DNA of 64,000 nucleotides from Enoplolaimus lenunculus (Eukaryota): NCBI GenBank assembly GCA_030248215.1, contig JASANG010003582.1, positions 124,001 to 188,000 of the forward strand, read 5' to 3'. Shown piece by piece: positions 50,120 to 64,000 of this stretch (position 1 is its first letter; each line of letters starts with the position of its first letter). The notes under the pieces were generated by a model. It saw only the letters and a program-made list of their open reading frames with translations, ran no database searches and was not told where the DNA came from. The position numbers and the translations under genes were made by a program.

Positions 50120-51482
50120 TTAGTCCGGCATGGACGGAAGTTTGTTTAAGCAAGGCATCATGCAATCCAATTTTTCACGCGGAATAGTTTTTCCCAGCTC
50201 AACGCCACATTCATTAAGCTTCTGATCCGGGTCTGGACAATCGTCGGCTAAAAATATATAACAAAACGTTAAAAATATAGCTGTATGTAGTGCTCATATT
50301 ATCAAATATATGTAGAACCTAATGTTCAGTCGGTGAATGAACTCATAAATTTTGAAACAAAAGATAAAGAACTGCTAAAATTTGGCAAATTAATAGCATT
50401 TGTTTGCTCCTACTAATGGGTCATCCACGTTATATTGTCTACGCTACTGTAAAAATTATCCATCCACTTGTCTAAAAGGGAGGTACAAAACAATACTGTT
50501 TTCAGGATATTTGGACTTTGCAGAGGGCATACATAAGTCTGTTATAGTGGTATTCTCTCTGGAGGGAGTAGGGACAGTGTGGACACTGCTTGGACACAGT
50601 GTCTGACAATAAGAGTTCCTTCGCACAGACTTTGTGTTATGCAATATGCGAATGTCCTTCTGACAGACTCGGGACAAAACAACTGTCCTTTCTATAACCT
50701 ATTGACAAAGCGGCTTCTGGATGTGCGATAGTGTGACAAAGAATACGCTGTTCAGAGGGACTCTCTGTTGTCAGCCGGGTGTACACATAGTGTGGCTGAC
50801 TTCTGGACTATAATTTATGAACACTGCAATTAGGAACTTAGGGACTCGCATGTGGGTACAATTTTTTACAGTAGGGTAGACAGTATAACGTGGATGACCC
50901 ATAATGAGCCAAATTTGACGTTTTCAACTGCCGTAGTGACCTTGTTGAAGACAGATTTGTGAATGTGGGCCTACGGCTGAACCAATTATGGTTTCGTCTT
51001 TTCAATTGCGTGTAAAAAATTCGCAAGGGATCTTATTCCATTTATAATTTTACACTAACAAACCACTACAAGACTTATTTTGAGCGGAACAACTGTAAAA
51101 CAAAGATTGCACTATTTCATCAGTTTGTGTGTGATAACCTGAAGAAATCCTACATGGTTAAACTTTATAAAAAACAATTTATTAGTTTTTCAAATTACAA
51201 ACTGAGCGAATCCACAAATGTTGCAGATTATATACAGAAGTTTCTTTAAATTTAAAATGAAATCTTTTGTGTTAAATATTATAATTCGTCACGTTTTGAT
51301 AATGGTGAGTTAAATAGCCTGAACTTAAAGAATTGCAATCACAAGCCCGAATATGGCACAATTGAAAATTGTCACATGATGTCCACAAGTTACTGAGATG
51401 ACTTTTTATTACCGAGCATCGCATTCTCCGTAAACAATACAAGGACTATCAGGAAAGCGAACATAAGACGTTTGTTGCACAT
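50120..51482 (-). CDS. Small secreted four-cysteine peptide, copy B (65 aa; exons 51482-51413 and 50247-50120)
   Basis: MCNKRLMFAFLIVLVLFTENAML-A-DDCPDPDQKLNECGVELGKTIPREKLDCMMPCLNKLPSMPD*; same 70-nt exon 1 and phase-1 intron as copy A. Confidence 0.8.
50417..50901. mobile_element. PIF/Harbinger-type MITE in the intron of peptide copy B
   Basis: TAA|TGGGTCATCCACGTTATA...TATAACGTGGATGACCCA|TAA. Confidence 0.9.
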
Positions 51483-53008
51483 AATGGATTGAGCTACAAA
51501 TAACAGTTACATGCTCAGTTAGCCCCTAGTCATGTGCAGCAGACTATGAGCACCTTTGGCGCAACCTGTGTACGCAAATTTGTAAACAATAGGCTGTATG
51601 TAACAATCACTCGACCAAGACGCGGTACTACAAGTCTTGAAGACGTAAGATCATTCTCTAGCTCAAGCATCAGGCTCCTATAAAGCGGAGTTCACGTTAA
51701 ATCTGAGGCAGCGTGGGACATACTTTGCTCCATTCTGATTTTACATCAACTATAAAGTTGGTCAACCATATCTGAGTGTCATTCAACACTGATGTACAAT
51801 CCCCTACTCTCAACTAAACATACGTGTGTGCTAATGTCACATGATATCGTAGGACACTATAGTGGTTATAATATTCCAAATTTAGTGCAAATATCATGAC
51901 ATTCAGCAAACAGCTTTATAAAATCGTATGACACTCCACGAACAATGATAACTGTCACATGCCATTTGTTTGACTACCAGAAAGCATCGTATTGAGTTCT
52001 TCTGAACTACTCGAAATAAGGATTAAGCGTTGAATTTCTCGTTAAAATTTCAATTTCACTCAAAATATAAAATTATTATACCAAAATTTGAATTACCCGT
52101 GAAAACCTGGATTTCCCTCCAAAATTTGAATTTTCTGCCAAAATCAGAATTTTAGCGCCAAAATTTTAATTTATTACCAGGGTTTGAATTCTCCCCCTGA
52201 AATTTGAGTTTTCAACCATAAATTTTTGAATTTCCCACCGAAATTTGAATTTCCAATCAAAAATTTAATTTTCCCGCGGAAATTTGAATTTCTCGCAGAA
52301 ACGTTAATTTCCTTTCAGAATTCGAACTTTAAAGCCGAAATTTGAATTATCCCGCCCAAAATTTAAACTTTCCCGCCAAAATATGGTTTTCCAGTCAATT
52401 TGCCGCCAAGATTTGAGTTTTTAGCCAAAATCAAAATTTTCGCGCCAAACATACGCAGATATTAGAGTAAACTTCAGCAAGATGTCTGATGGCCTAACTG
52501 AAACCTTTAGACCATGTGTCGTAATGTCGTGTGATACTAACTTTCTTGTCTGTCAATTTCATATGACGCTCGAAATTCACGGTAACAAAATATGTAGGTA
52601 GTACATGTGTAGATATGTTTTAAACTGTATTATAAGGTTGGCATTCAATAACGGGACGTCATATGACATTGCCATGCAAAAGTATGATTTGGACTTGATA
52701 TTAGCTGGTGATATAGAATGAATAACCAGACAAAATGTTACCCAATATTTGACAGAGACGAATCGTGTCCCGTACTGTTCCAGTTTTAACCTGAACCCCG
52801 CATAACTCGCTAGTCCGCTAAGTAAAAACAACAAAATGCAAGTGCTTCAAACTTTATGAACAAGACCTCAACTTAAAATTTAATTGTTACGTTACTTTAA
52901 ATATGTATTTCGCCTGGTTTACTCTAAAACTTCCGTACAAAAGATTCGATTTACGATCAGAATTCAAACAAGTTAACGTTAAATTTTGTGCTAAATTTAG
53001 CGCAGTAA

Positions 53009-53486
53009 TGGGTCATCCACGTTGAAACGAACTCATAATTGTAAAAAATGGTCCTCCCTTTTGGGCACCCGCGTTGCCCCTACCCACTCTCTTTATACAC
53101 TGAAAGACATATCCATATGTCATTATCTGAACGGTTAGACAATGAATATGCTTGCTGCATGCATATTCACCCGTCCTGAAATCATTATCAGGAACTGATA
53201 TTGTCCAATGTCCCTCTGAAGGGGCTTGATTTTTTGCTTTGAATGATGTGTGTGTTTATATATGTGTGCGCGTGTAATAACGCACGACGTTATAAATGTA
53301 CTGACATCCTACAGAGATATATTTGTCCGTATTCTCTTCCGACAGAGTCTGGACAGTTAACACTAATTAACTACACGTGTAAAACTGTACCTTGCCTTTA
53401 CGCAGGATATGTATTTTGGTGCTGTTTCCTATGATGTTGGTGGAACATTTTTATATCCGTGTGTGCATTTTAACGTAGATGACCCA
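53009..53486. mobile_element. PIF/Harbinger-type MITE (related subfamily)
   Basis: TAA|TGGGTCATCCACGTT...AACGTAGATGACCCA|TAA; partial paralog ending at ~42199. Confidence 0.8.
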
Positions 53487-54330
53487 TAAATTTTTAAGCA
53501 TATAAAAATCCATGTCAAAAACGCAACTTTACTTCAAATTATTGCAAAAAAATTTAAAGTCACAAATAGCTTCAATATAACTTGAACTTGAACGAAACTA
53601 TCTGTTAAACGTCGAACTTACGTGTGCTGAAAAACTGCGAAAGAGAATATAAGATGTGCGCAATCAAAAACAAGATGTAAATTTTCTCAATTTCAACTGA
53701 CGCTTATGCCTAAATTATCTTCTTTAAGTAGGATACTGCGATTCCATGCTTTACCTACAACCGTAAAATCACCGAAAATTAAATGTTTGCTCAGTTGCGA
53801 ATAAAAATATTTTGCAATTTGTCTAGCAGTATATGTACTGTTAAATAAACTGAATTTCGTGGCAAAATATTAAAACTGTATTTACAGCTGCGCCTAAAAT
53901 ATCATAAAAATTCTATTGGAATATACCAAGCTAACAAACGGAAATGTAAATATCAAGAACATAACCAAAAACTGCGTGGAATTAACCTTTGATTTTGAAC
54001 TAAAAATTTTTGTTCGGTATATGTTCTCCAGCAGCTAGTAGCGGACTTAGATAATTTGGAGCTCGTGAAAGCAAGAGACTACATTGGGCATGCGATGAGC
54101 ATGTATTTCACGTCTTTTTATTTGAGTGCTAGTTATTTGCTGCAAGCTTTTGTACAAACGTTTGTTTTTAAATTCAATTGTTAAACACACTCGCCAATGG
54201 TCGCGATCATAGTGGCTATAGCTGAGCACTAAGCTGCTTAAATGCAAATTATGACCATGTATTATTTTGTTTAATTGTGCTGGATTTTCTGCTTTAGGGC
54301 AAATCCTTACGTAGCTGCATTTTATGTCCA

Positions 54331-57300
54331 TATGTATGTAACCTTTTTGCGAAGTGCGAGTTGTCCGTTTTTAATCAATCATGTTTGGATATTGTTACAA
54401 CACCCGGTTCTCACCACTTGGCACCTGGAGAATTTCAAAGTGGTCTAGCTAACCAAATAGACAAACCCGGATACAAAGAAAAACCCGAATACTTGAGGAT
54501 TTTCTCTGTTCCCGTACTTCCCGATATAGGAGAGTTCGTACTGAGTGACAGTGTGATGTCGTAAATTAGTCAAACAGGTCAGTTAAAGAAAGTGAAGTTT
54601 AATGACAAATGCAAGTAAGTCATTAGGTCATTTATCTGGACAGCACTTTCGGTTTACCTAAGAAAAAGTATTTTTTGACTTAACTGTTAGTGAGCACTTA
54701 TTAAAAATCCATTTTTGTCTATGTTTTTATACCTATAACTGTTAAAAAACTGGTGTTCTATCCGTAAACAGCGTAATATGAAGTGTTCATGTACTTACCT
54801 AAACAAAATAGACAAACCCGGATATAAGAGAAATCCGGATATACGACTTGTGTGTACAAACTACACTGTCCTGCATAATATCATGTGATATTTGGGAGAA
54901 TTTTGGAATATCATATGATATTCATAAAATGTCCGTGGTACCACGTGGCATATTGCTGTTTGTATACGATGATTACTGGAGATCAGGGATTAAGCCAATG
55001 TCATCCGATATTCACATTGTGTCAGCATAGCCGCTATTCAGATCACAATTTATGTTACTGTTGAATAAACATTGACAAAACTTGTTCCGGGATGCTCCTG
55101 TTATAACGGGAACCCCGCATAAATTAAGCAACCATATACGCGGTGCCGGCTATGCAACTCGTCTTTTCTACGTAATGCAGATTTGCTTCAGCGTCAACGT
55201 CTTACTCATGCAGATCAGGTACGTATACCTTTGCACCCCATCCCCTATATCTTTCTCTAAATTTCTTAAAGAAACTGTAGGGTCTCCATTATGAAAAATT
55301 CTTGAATTGAAAACTTCCTTCTATTATCGTGTTCTAAAATACAAAAAAGCATAATAGCAGTAGTGATGAGCATCGGATAGTGTTTCATCGTGTTCTAAAA
55401 TACGAAAAAGTATAATAGCAGTAGTGATGAGCATCGGATAGTGTTTCATATCCGGCATATACCTAGTCAATTTTGCGGGTTCGCCAGATTTAATTACAAA
55501 TCTGGGAAAGGGTTGGCTCTTTTGAGTTTACAAAGCTCACAGCACCAAATGTTGTCTTGACCTAGGTCGGCTGGGTATCGTAGTTCACTATTAACCAAAG
55601 TAAGCAGTAAAAACAGAAACTGACAACGAAATTTGGTAATCTAAATCTGCTGCTAGAATTCTTAGCCTACCTAAGCGAGATAAAATCCTGAAAACTCCTA
55701 AATCTTTACTGCGAATTCTAGCTTAAGCGATAGCCAATTGAGACTCGACAGGTGGTATTATTAATAGTTCAATAAATATTTCTTGATCACGCAATGTCAA
55801 TCCTTTGGAAACTACTAATCTATTCAATGTCGCAGAAGTAATCACCAAAACTTCTTTCAATTTACTGTGAAACTTCAACAAGATTTTTAGTTCAGCTCAA
55901 TTGCTATAATTTTTCAAAAATTAATTAGTATATTTGATTCACACAAAAATAGACCAATATTACGTAAGTTACTCTCGAATACACGATTCCGTTCTTTGTA
56001 AAAATAAAATAGGCAAATATGGTACCTTTACAGGATCAGAATTTCAGCTACACAGCTCAACAACCTGCGCGGCTCACACGTAAAATACTGATTCGACAGT
56101 ACCCACACTAATGTAACCAAAAGTACAGTTGCAAGTTGTAACTCCTTAACTATACGACAAAATTTCGTTTCGAAACACGCACCCATACTTTCAGTACAAA
56201 ATACATACACACGCGTTACCCGCTTTCGTCAATCCAATTCTCATAGTAATTACTTAAAACACACGCTATTCTCCAAGTTGGCCCGATCACAAACGCCTCT
56301 TTTTTGAGTAAAATTAACTCAAGTGAACCTCAACAGCCGCGTAATGAGGTACAGATAGTTCAAACAAACCGGCGGTAGTAAAACCCCGATACAATTAAAC
56401 AGCACTTCCCCAAATACATTCGCTCCCGACGACTAGTGCCAAGCGTTTATATACGCGCTATTTTAAAGATTAATTACAGTAGATGAAAGACTATGGAATC
56501 TTTACAGATTCTGCGCGTACCATTGATCTCGTGACTAATCAAGGTTTTCTGTTAAATTTTGCAAGTAAAAGTCGCGAAACTTGACTAAAAAGTTGTTTTG
56601 TCGTGGAGCCTAAGTTTGTGGCTTGGTTTGTGAACTTTCAAAACCACTAAAAACTACAAAATTTATGTTTTGACCCAAATCCATTAGTTTCAAATCAAAG
56701 TTTTTCTCGATAAATCCTCAGAGATGCGCAAAAGCCACTATTTTGATTTGTTCGGGGCTTTTGAGTGTGTTTCAATTCTAAAAATTACCATTTTCTAAAT
56801 TTTTCTATAAGGGGTAACTCGATTATACTTCAACTTAAATTTATTACTGCGAAAATCAATGCCTAGACTTTTTTCAATGACAATCCATAAGGAGGTCGTA
56901 AATTTATTTGCACCCATTCATTGCCGAGTAATGCAGCTTTACTTAAAAGAGTTTTAAAATTGCGGCAAGCTAACATATCCTTCGAGTGCCGTTTAATGTA
57001 ATATCTACTGACGTATGTAAAAAACGGCCATAATAAGGCAATAAACTTCATTGCGCAAAATAAATGTGGAAATATAATATAGAACAGGAAACCTTACGGT
57101 TAGTCATTACGCCAATATAGTTCTAAGCGTTGCATCATTTTAAAAGTACTGCGTAGCGCTTGGTTTGTGAACTTTCAAAACCACTAAAAACTACAAAATT
57201 TATGTTTTGACCCAAATCCATTAGTTTTAAATCAAAGTTTTTCTCGATAAATCCTCAGAGATCCGCAAAAGCCACTATTTTGATTTGTTTGGGGTTTTTG

Positions 57301-60300
57301 AGTGTGTTTCAATTCTAAGAATTACCATTTTCTAAATTTTTCTATAAGGGGCAACTCGATTATACTTAAACTTAAATTTATTACTGCGAAAATCAATGCC
57401 TAGGCTTTTTTCAATGACAATCCGTAAGGAGGCCATAAGTTTAAATTCCAGGCGTATTTGAATCGTTTCATGACAAGCATTTGTACCCATTCATTGCTGA
57501 GTAATGCAGCTTTACTTAAAAATTTTTTAAAATTGCCGCAAGCTAACATATCCTTCGAGTGCCGTTTAATGTAATATCTACTGACGTATGTAAAAAACGG
57601 CCATAATAAGGCAATAAACTTCATTGCGCAAAATAAATGTGGAAATATAATATAGAACAGGAAACCTTACGGTTAGTCATTACGCCAATATAGTTCTAAG
57701 CGTTGCATCATTTTAAAAGTACTGCGTAGCAAATTAGCTTTCATTAATTGCTGAAAAGTTTTATTCAAAATGATAGTAACATTTCTCGTACCCACCCCAA
57801 ACTTCTCTGCAATTACCTATCCTTCAAAATGAAAATATTTCAGTATCTACGCGGAAACATTCGAGTATCACTCTTCAGCGTATCCTGGACGCAAGATCTC
57901 AAACCTCATTTGCGCCAGCCAAAACAAGTACCAGGAGCAATGTAAAGTTAAAATCATAGAGCCGCACATAGGTACAACAACAAAACCAACTCCTGCACAT
58001 AATGAAAATACCTATATATTTTAGTCTTAAACACAAACAAATTGCTACTGGGGATAAGCATGATTTAGCCATGAAAGTCATCCAACGTTCATGCACTTGT
58101 GGAAGCATTAGTAAATCGTCGCTGCATAACCCAATTTGTTTAAGACCATTTTTGCTCAATTGTGTGATATATCCAAAACTGTTAAGCCCAAAGTGAATTG
58201 CACCTAGTGGCAAGACGCCAACACGTCTGTTTTGGATGGAACCGGTCTAAACGCGGTTCAAGCGAAAAGCAATGTGTTAAAAACGACCTGCTGCAAAAAT
58301 AGAGGGTGAAGTTACTAAACGTAGACGTTCACAAAGACCTGAAACATAAAAACGTAAAAGAAAATACAAAAATTCAAGTAATTCCATCAAAGTGCAAGTG
58401 TGCTTTAAAATGTGATACAAAATTCGTCGAAACACAGAGGCAGCAAGTATACAGCGGTTGTCATTCCAAATCATACTATATGCAACAGTAATTTCTTCAG
58501 AATTTACTGTATCTATTTATATTAAGCGACGCCGGTCTAAAAACAATCAACCGAGCAGAGATCCAAGACTTATATTGAGAACTCACTATTTGCCACTGCG
58601 ACTGCATCGCACAAGAGTACGTCAAAACTTTTTCTAAGCTACTTTGAGTATTTTCGTTTCAGCCGTATGCTAAAAAAGCTGAGATTGCAGAAACTCTGGC
58701 GGTAGATTGACGTGGCAGATACAAACCGGTGAACAAAATCTGAGATATGCGCCGTGAACGCGTGAAAAACCACATTCTTAGCTATTTACAAAGGGAACCT
58801 CATTATTGCAGATTAACTACCCAACGTATGTACCTGGATCATTCGTTGTCAAATAGTGTTATGTACAGAAGATACTTAACAATGTTTGGACTGGAAGTGA
58901 TTGACGGTGAAGTGCAATATTGGCATTTAAACCGAGAAGACGCTCCTGTCTCACAGTGCGTCAGCGAAGAAATATCCAACACCGAAGTCAATTTGTCGCT
59001 TTCTTGAACTAAGAAAAACCAATGCGTCGTTTCCCGAGCAGAACACAATTTTGAAGACGTTTTAACCAAACATATACGTCAAAAAACCTAGCTCGTAGCA
59101 TAAAAACGAACAAATAACAGGAAACAATGATCACTCAATTTCATGCTTGACTTTCGACGGCGGTACTTCCAACGCCAAACTCGTCTCTTACCGTCTTCTA
59201 TTATAAAAGCTATCAGTGTACAACCTAACAATTTACCATTCACCGCCTCACGACGGCTTCTTCTGATGTTCGCAGCAACCGCATGTTTTCAGACTCTTGC
59301 TCTGGCCAAAACAGAAATAGCAGAGTGTCCGCAGCGCTGCATCATACCGTGAGCTAACTTCCAATTGAAACTATTGAACACAAATACTTTGTAGTTGGTC
59401 ACTTCCAAATGGAATGCTATGTCCGGTATTTCTTTTGCAATATAAAGAATTTTATGAACAAATTTCATCAAACAGCTTAAGAGATACAGTATCAAAGCCA
59501 GACTTGAATGAGGATTTAGACGATTAATTCTGAAACATTAAAAAGAATTTAAGAGATCCTTGATTTGTTGTATGACCGGATTTTAGACGTGCAAACATTT
59601 AATCGTAGCGTTGCTTAATAGTTTTATTTACATTCCCCGATTCTGACTGGGGGTGGCCCGGCGCCTTTCCTCTCTCGGCACACTCCTGGTGTTTGAACAA
59701 TACCTTTGGTTTTCAACTATTTCTTTTAATATATAATTTTTATCACAACTTTGATATATGTTTTATATATGAGGTAGAAGGCTTATACAATTGCGAACCT
59801 ATTCTATAACAAATGTTTACCAACTTTAAAAGTTGTGGTTATCAATATTAAAAGTATTGAAATCGTTGTATTGTTGAATACATTGATTTATGTTGCCTAA
59901 AACAAATCAGCCAATACATCAAACTTCTCTAGTTAATGTCGTGAGCCATTTTGATTTGGGTCAATATATACTTGTTTTGCTTGTTGACTAATTTAAAGGC
60001 AGGTGACAATTGAGCTTATGTATAAATCACAGCTGTATATCTGGGTTGCGCAGTATTGTACATATAGCTTACCTTTTTCACAAAGAATTGCGAAAACCAA
60101 TTGACTACAGATTGAAAATGCCAGTATAAACGTTTAGTTTATGCGCAAACAGAAATTTTTTAACGTTCTTTAGAAAAATGATCGAAACAAACAAATTAGG
60201 CAGAAAAAGTCTCGTCGGCTCGGACAAATGGCGAGGTGACCTTATCGCCTTCTAAACACGCTGGATAAACGTTATAACTGGGGTAATCTGAAACACGTTT

Positions 60301-63300
60301 TGTACCTATTAATACGATAGCGGGTAACATTTTATCTGTACGTTGATCCGCTGTCAAATTCGAAAATTTGAATTGTCTGCTACCCTCATGTGACATTCAC
60401 TGTAATGATACTGAAAAATGTCTGTAAATATCAAATGTCATGCTTGATATGTCTGCACAGTTGTGGTAAGCCAGAATGTCATCTAGAATGTCATATGATA
60501 CTAAAATTAAATTTGAATTATTTGCACTTGGGAAAATGTTTAGGAAAAATTTAAGCCGGAAACAAAAATAGAAGCTAACTTAGGAACAATGTGGACACTA
60601 TTTGGACAGTGTCTGACAGTAGGAGTTCCTTCGAACAGACTCTGCACAATTGCTTGACAGAGTCCCTTCGAACAGGCTTTGTGTTATGCAATAAGCGAAT
60701 GTCCTTCTGGCAGACTCAGGACAAAACAGCTGTTCTTTCTATAACGTATTGACAAAGTGGCATCTGTATGTGCGATATAGTATGATAAAGTATACGACGT
60801 TCAGAGCGGCTCTCTATTGTCAGCCAGGGTGTACACATAGTGAGGTTGACTTTTGAATATGTAATTTATAAACACTGCAATTACTGTAGTGACCCGAAAA
60901 AGAGGAAGAATTAAGAAAGGGGGTCCCCATTTTGAGTCCTAATCAATACGAGTCCGTATCCCTAATCAGAGTCCGTAAGCGAATAGCGTCCCTAAACCCT
61001 AATTAGAGTCCATAAATGTCAATTATCCCTAATTGTTGCGCATAAATGACTCCATGACCAAATGAAGTTCAGTTCGAAACTTTAAAGCGTACTTAAGTTT
61101 TGGAAATAACATTCCAAAATATAACCTTGCATTATCGCTGAAAATAAATAACAGTCTGTAACCGAAACAGGGAGTGCCCTCTGGAGAGGCCAAATAAATG
61201 ACAGTCCCTCATCTTATTCGAGTCACTATAGTAGGAACTTAGGGATTCGCATGTGGGTACAGTTCTTTACAGTAGCGTAGAAAGTATAACGTGGGTGACC
61301 AATTAAAGCTAAGTACACTATCCAGCTTTTAACTATTTCATTAGTGCGCACAAATTACATTGTCCTGCATATCATGTGATTTGGTAGAATTTTGGGATAT
61401 CTTGTGATATTCGCATTACTGTCCAGTGGTATAATGCGGGGATCACGTTATAAATAGCGCAGCTCGGGTCACGTTTTGCCACATTCTACGTATTGGGTAA
61501 CACTTTGTCTGTGATGTAACCCAATATATTCTAAAAACAGTTGTCTCCTACCATCATGTATTGGTCAGATTTTGCCTTTCAATACCACATGGCATTCCCT
61601 ACATCGTCTGTCAATATCATATGATCATTTTAACCAGTCGTAATGGGACTACATGTATTGAGCGAAGCTCAAACACATGTAGGCAGTTAAGCTAATATGC
61701 AAATTAGTTATTAGCTAACTATTCATTTATTGGCTTTGGAGGTTTGTAATAAATTTATTCAGAGTCCTGGCACTTAAAAACCCTTCAGTAACCCTAATAA
61801 TTTGAGACATAATTTAAAAAGCTATTATTGAGGCTTATCAATTAAGCAAATATGCAAATTAGCTATTAGTTAACTATTCGATAATCGGTTTTGAAGGTTT
61901 GTAGACAGTTTATTCAGATTTCTCGCGCTCAAAAATCCATTATTGTTATAATTAGATTGCTTGTAACCGTACTAATTAGTGAAGTATTGCAAAAACGCCT
62001 AATTTAGGCTTATCAGTTATGTTTATATGCAAATTATCTATTAGCTAACTACTAAACCATCAATTTTAGACGTTTTTATACAATTTATTCAGATTCCTCG
62101 CACCCAAAAACCTTTTTTGGAGGTTTGTAAACAATTTATTCAAATTCTTCAAACCTAAAAACCCTTTAGTGCTGAAATTATATGGCATTTAACCTTAATA
62201 ATTAATGAAACATTGTAAAAAGTCCCAATTTAGGCTTATAAACTATGCCAATATGCAAATTATCTGATAGCTAACTACTCAATTATCGGTTTTGGAGGTT
62301 TGTAAATACTCTATGCAGATTCCTCGCACCCAAAAACCCTTCAACGCTGAAATAAGATTGCTTGTAACTGTAATAATTATCGAAATAATGTAGAAAGTCC
62401 TAATTTAAGCTTAATCAGTTATGCAAATTAGTCTGTAGCTAATAAATGGCTTAAAATTTTAAAACCCCAATGCGAAGTTAACACCCCAGGATAATTGGCT
62501 TTCAAGCAAAAAAGTTTATTAAAATCGGTTCAGCCGTTCCTGAGATTCTTTTCGGACGGACAGACGGACAGACGGACGGACGGACATCCACCTTTCGACC
62601 CTAGAGTACAAAACATAAAACGCTTCGCGAAACTCCGAGGTTCGCTCGGTGTTTCGCTTCGCTCAAAAATGTCTACTGAGTCTGCTACATAACAAGGTTT
62701 GCGTATAGCGGCATATCATATAATACTAAACAGTCATGTGCCGTTAGTATCATGTCACTCACACGTTATTACACGTGCACTCGGCACACAAAATGTCTCT
62801 CCCAAAAGAAAATCAATAGCTTGTCCGGCTTATGTTTTATGGAAATTCTTTATTTCCCAGTAGTAAAACTCAATCCGGACAAAACTGATGTGCACTGTGC
62901 AGTACTGTCAAAGACATTGAAATGTTTGAAAAACAGTGTAGTGGACAATATTTTATATGATAGACACACTAGGAACACCTTAGCGGAGGAATTAAAATTT
63001 TGGCTTTAAAATTCAACTTTTGGCCGGAAAATTTATTTTTTGGCGGGAAATTCAATTTTTGACGAAGAAATGTACATATGGCGGGAAATTCAAATTTGGT
63101 TGGAAAAATTTAATTTTGGCGGGAAATTTAAATTAGTAAGGCGGGAAATTCTAAATTTAGAGGGGAAATTCAAATTTTGGCGGGAAAATTCAAACTTTGG
63201 TCAGAAATTCAACTTTTGGCGGGAAACTTTAAATTCTGGCGGGAAATTCAAATTTTGGCTTGAAATTTCAAATTTTGCTGGGAAGATAATTCTTTGGTAA

Positions 63301-63487
63301 ATTATATTAGCGCGTGAAAAAACATACTGCCAAAATACTTTGCCATTTTTCGTACGTGTCCTAAAGATAACATGCAAAAAATAACAAAAGAACGCGGTAA
63401 ATTGATTATCTTACTTAGCGCTTTCTTGCGACAATTTTAGACTAACGATAAAGTCTGACAGTCTCGAAACTTTCTATTTAAAATTAA
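54331..63487 (+). repeat. Segmental duplication, copy 2 (partner 24000-32067)
   Basis: Collinear with copy 1; contains an internal ~537-bp tandem duplication (56621-57157 / 57158-57729), a ~61-bp duplication at ~55326-55449, and the second Sola-like remnant at ~58214-59255. Confidence 0.95.
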
Positions 63488-64000
63488 ATGCGGACATTTC
63501 TTAAATATTTAGAGATAAAATGTCCACGCCCGCGCATAGTTTCTTAATAACGGTATAGCCAGACTTGTTAAAATAGGGTAGGGGGACGATGGATGTGCGG
63601 AGTGCGCGCATGGTAAACGTTTGAGTAACATCATATGATACGAGACAATGCAAATAACAATACTAATAATAACGCGGTAAATTTAAATTTTGGCGTTAAA
63701 TTCGAAATTTGGCTGGAAAATTATATTTTTGACAACAAAATTCAAATTTTGGCGAGAAAATAAATTTTTTGGGAAATTCAAATTTTGGCGGGAAATTTAA
63801 ATTTTGGCGGGAATCATCAAATTTTGGCGGATGCTGTTAATTTGGAATATTATAATAATATTCGGACATTTGTCTGATAGTGTCACGTGACATTCGAACA
63901 GTTGTATGTTAAGATCATCTGTGTGCCCGTGCTTTGTATTGGAATATCATATGATATTCGACATCTGTCTGTCCGTATCATATGACGGTAACAGAAATTT

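Larger units (their letters stand above)
48950..54330 (+). repeat. Older paralogous block of ~34640-42900 (without the LINE)
   Basis: Collinear diverged matches: 48950-49160/34640-34800, 49750-51870/35195-36600, 51870-52630/40555-41265, 53300-54330/42050-42870. 9560-10530 is a third partial copy. Confidence 0.85.

Overview
AT-rich, repeat-dense eukaryotic genomic DNA, probably from a nematode (TTAGGC repeats inside MITEs, TTTT(C/T)AG splice acceptors). No prokaryotic systems are seen. Host genes reconstructed by hand: (1) a two-coding-exon, 145-aa neuropeptide-like precursor (2482-3256, minus) with a signal peptide, repeated xW(I/M)G(A/G/S)(I/V)-type peptides between KR sites and a terminal QFNPAMAGI-amide; (2) a family of two-exon, four-cysteine secreted micro-proteins missed by the ORF track (intact copies at 35570-36350 and 50120-51482, frameshifted copy at 10275-10395). 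Mobile DNA: a young 8.8-kb LTR element (13489-22296, minus) with only a ~1370-aa Gag-like ORF and no pol, nested in an older plus-strand LTR element (tRNA-Gln PBS, zinc knuckle, split env-like remnant); a 5'-truncated CR1-group LINE (36602-40554); Penelope-like and Sola-like remnants; hAT-, piggyBac-, PIF/Harbinger- and TA-target MITEs; and tRNA-derived elements. The right two-thirds is a mosaic of segmental duplications (notably 24000-32067 vs 54331-63487). Region 13150-13488 looks like low-quality consensus. All family assignments are by eye and from recalled motifs, not from database searches.
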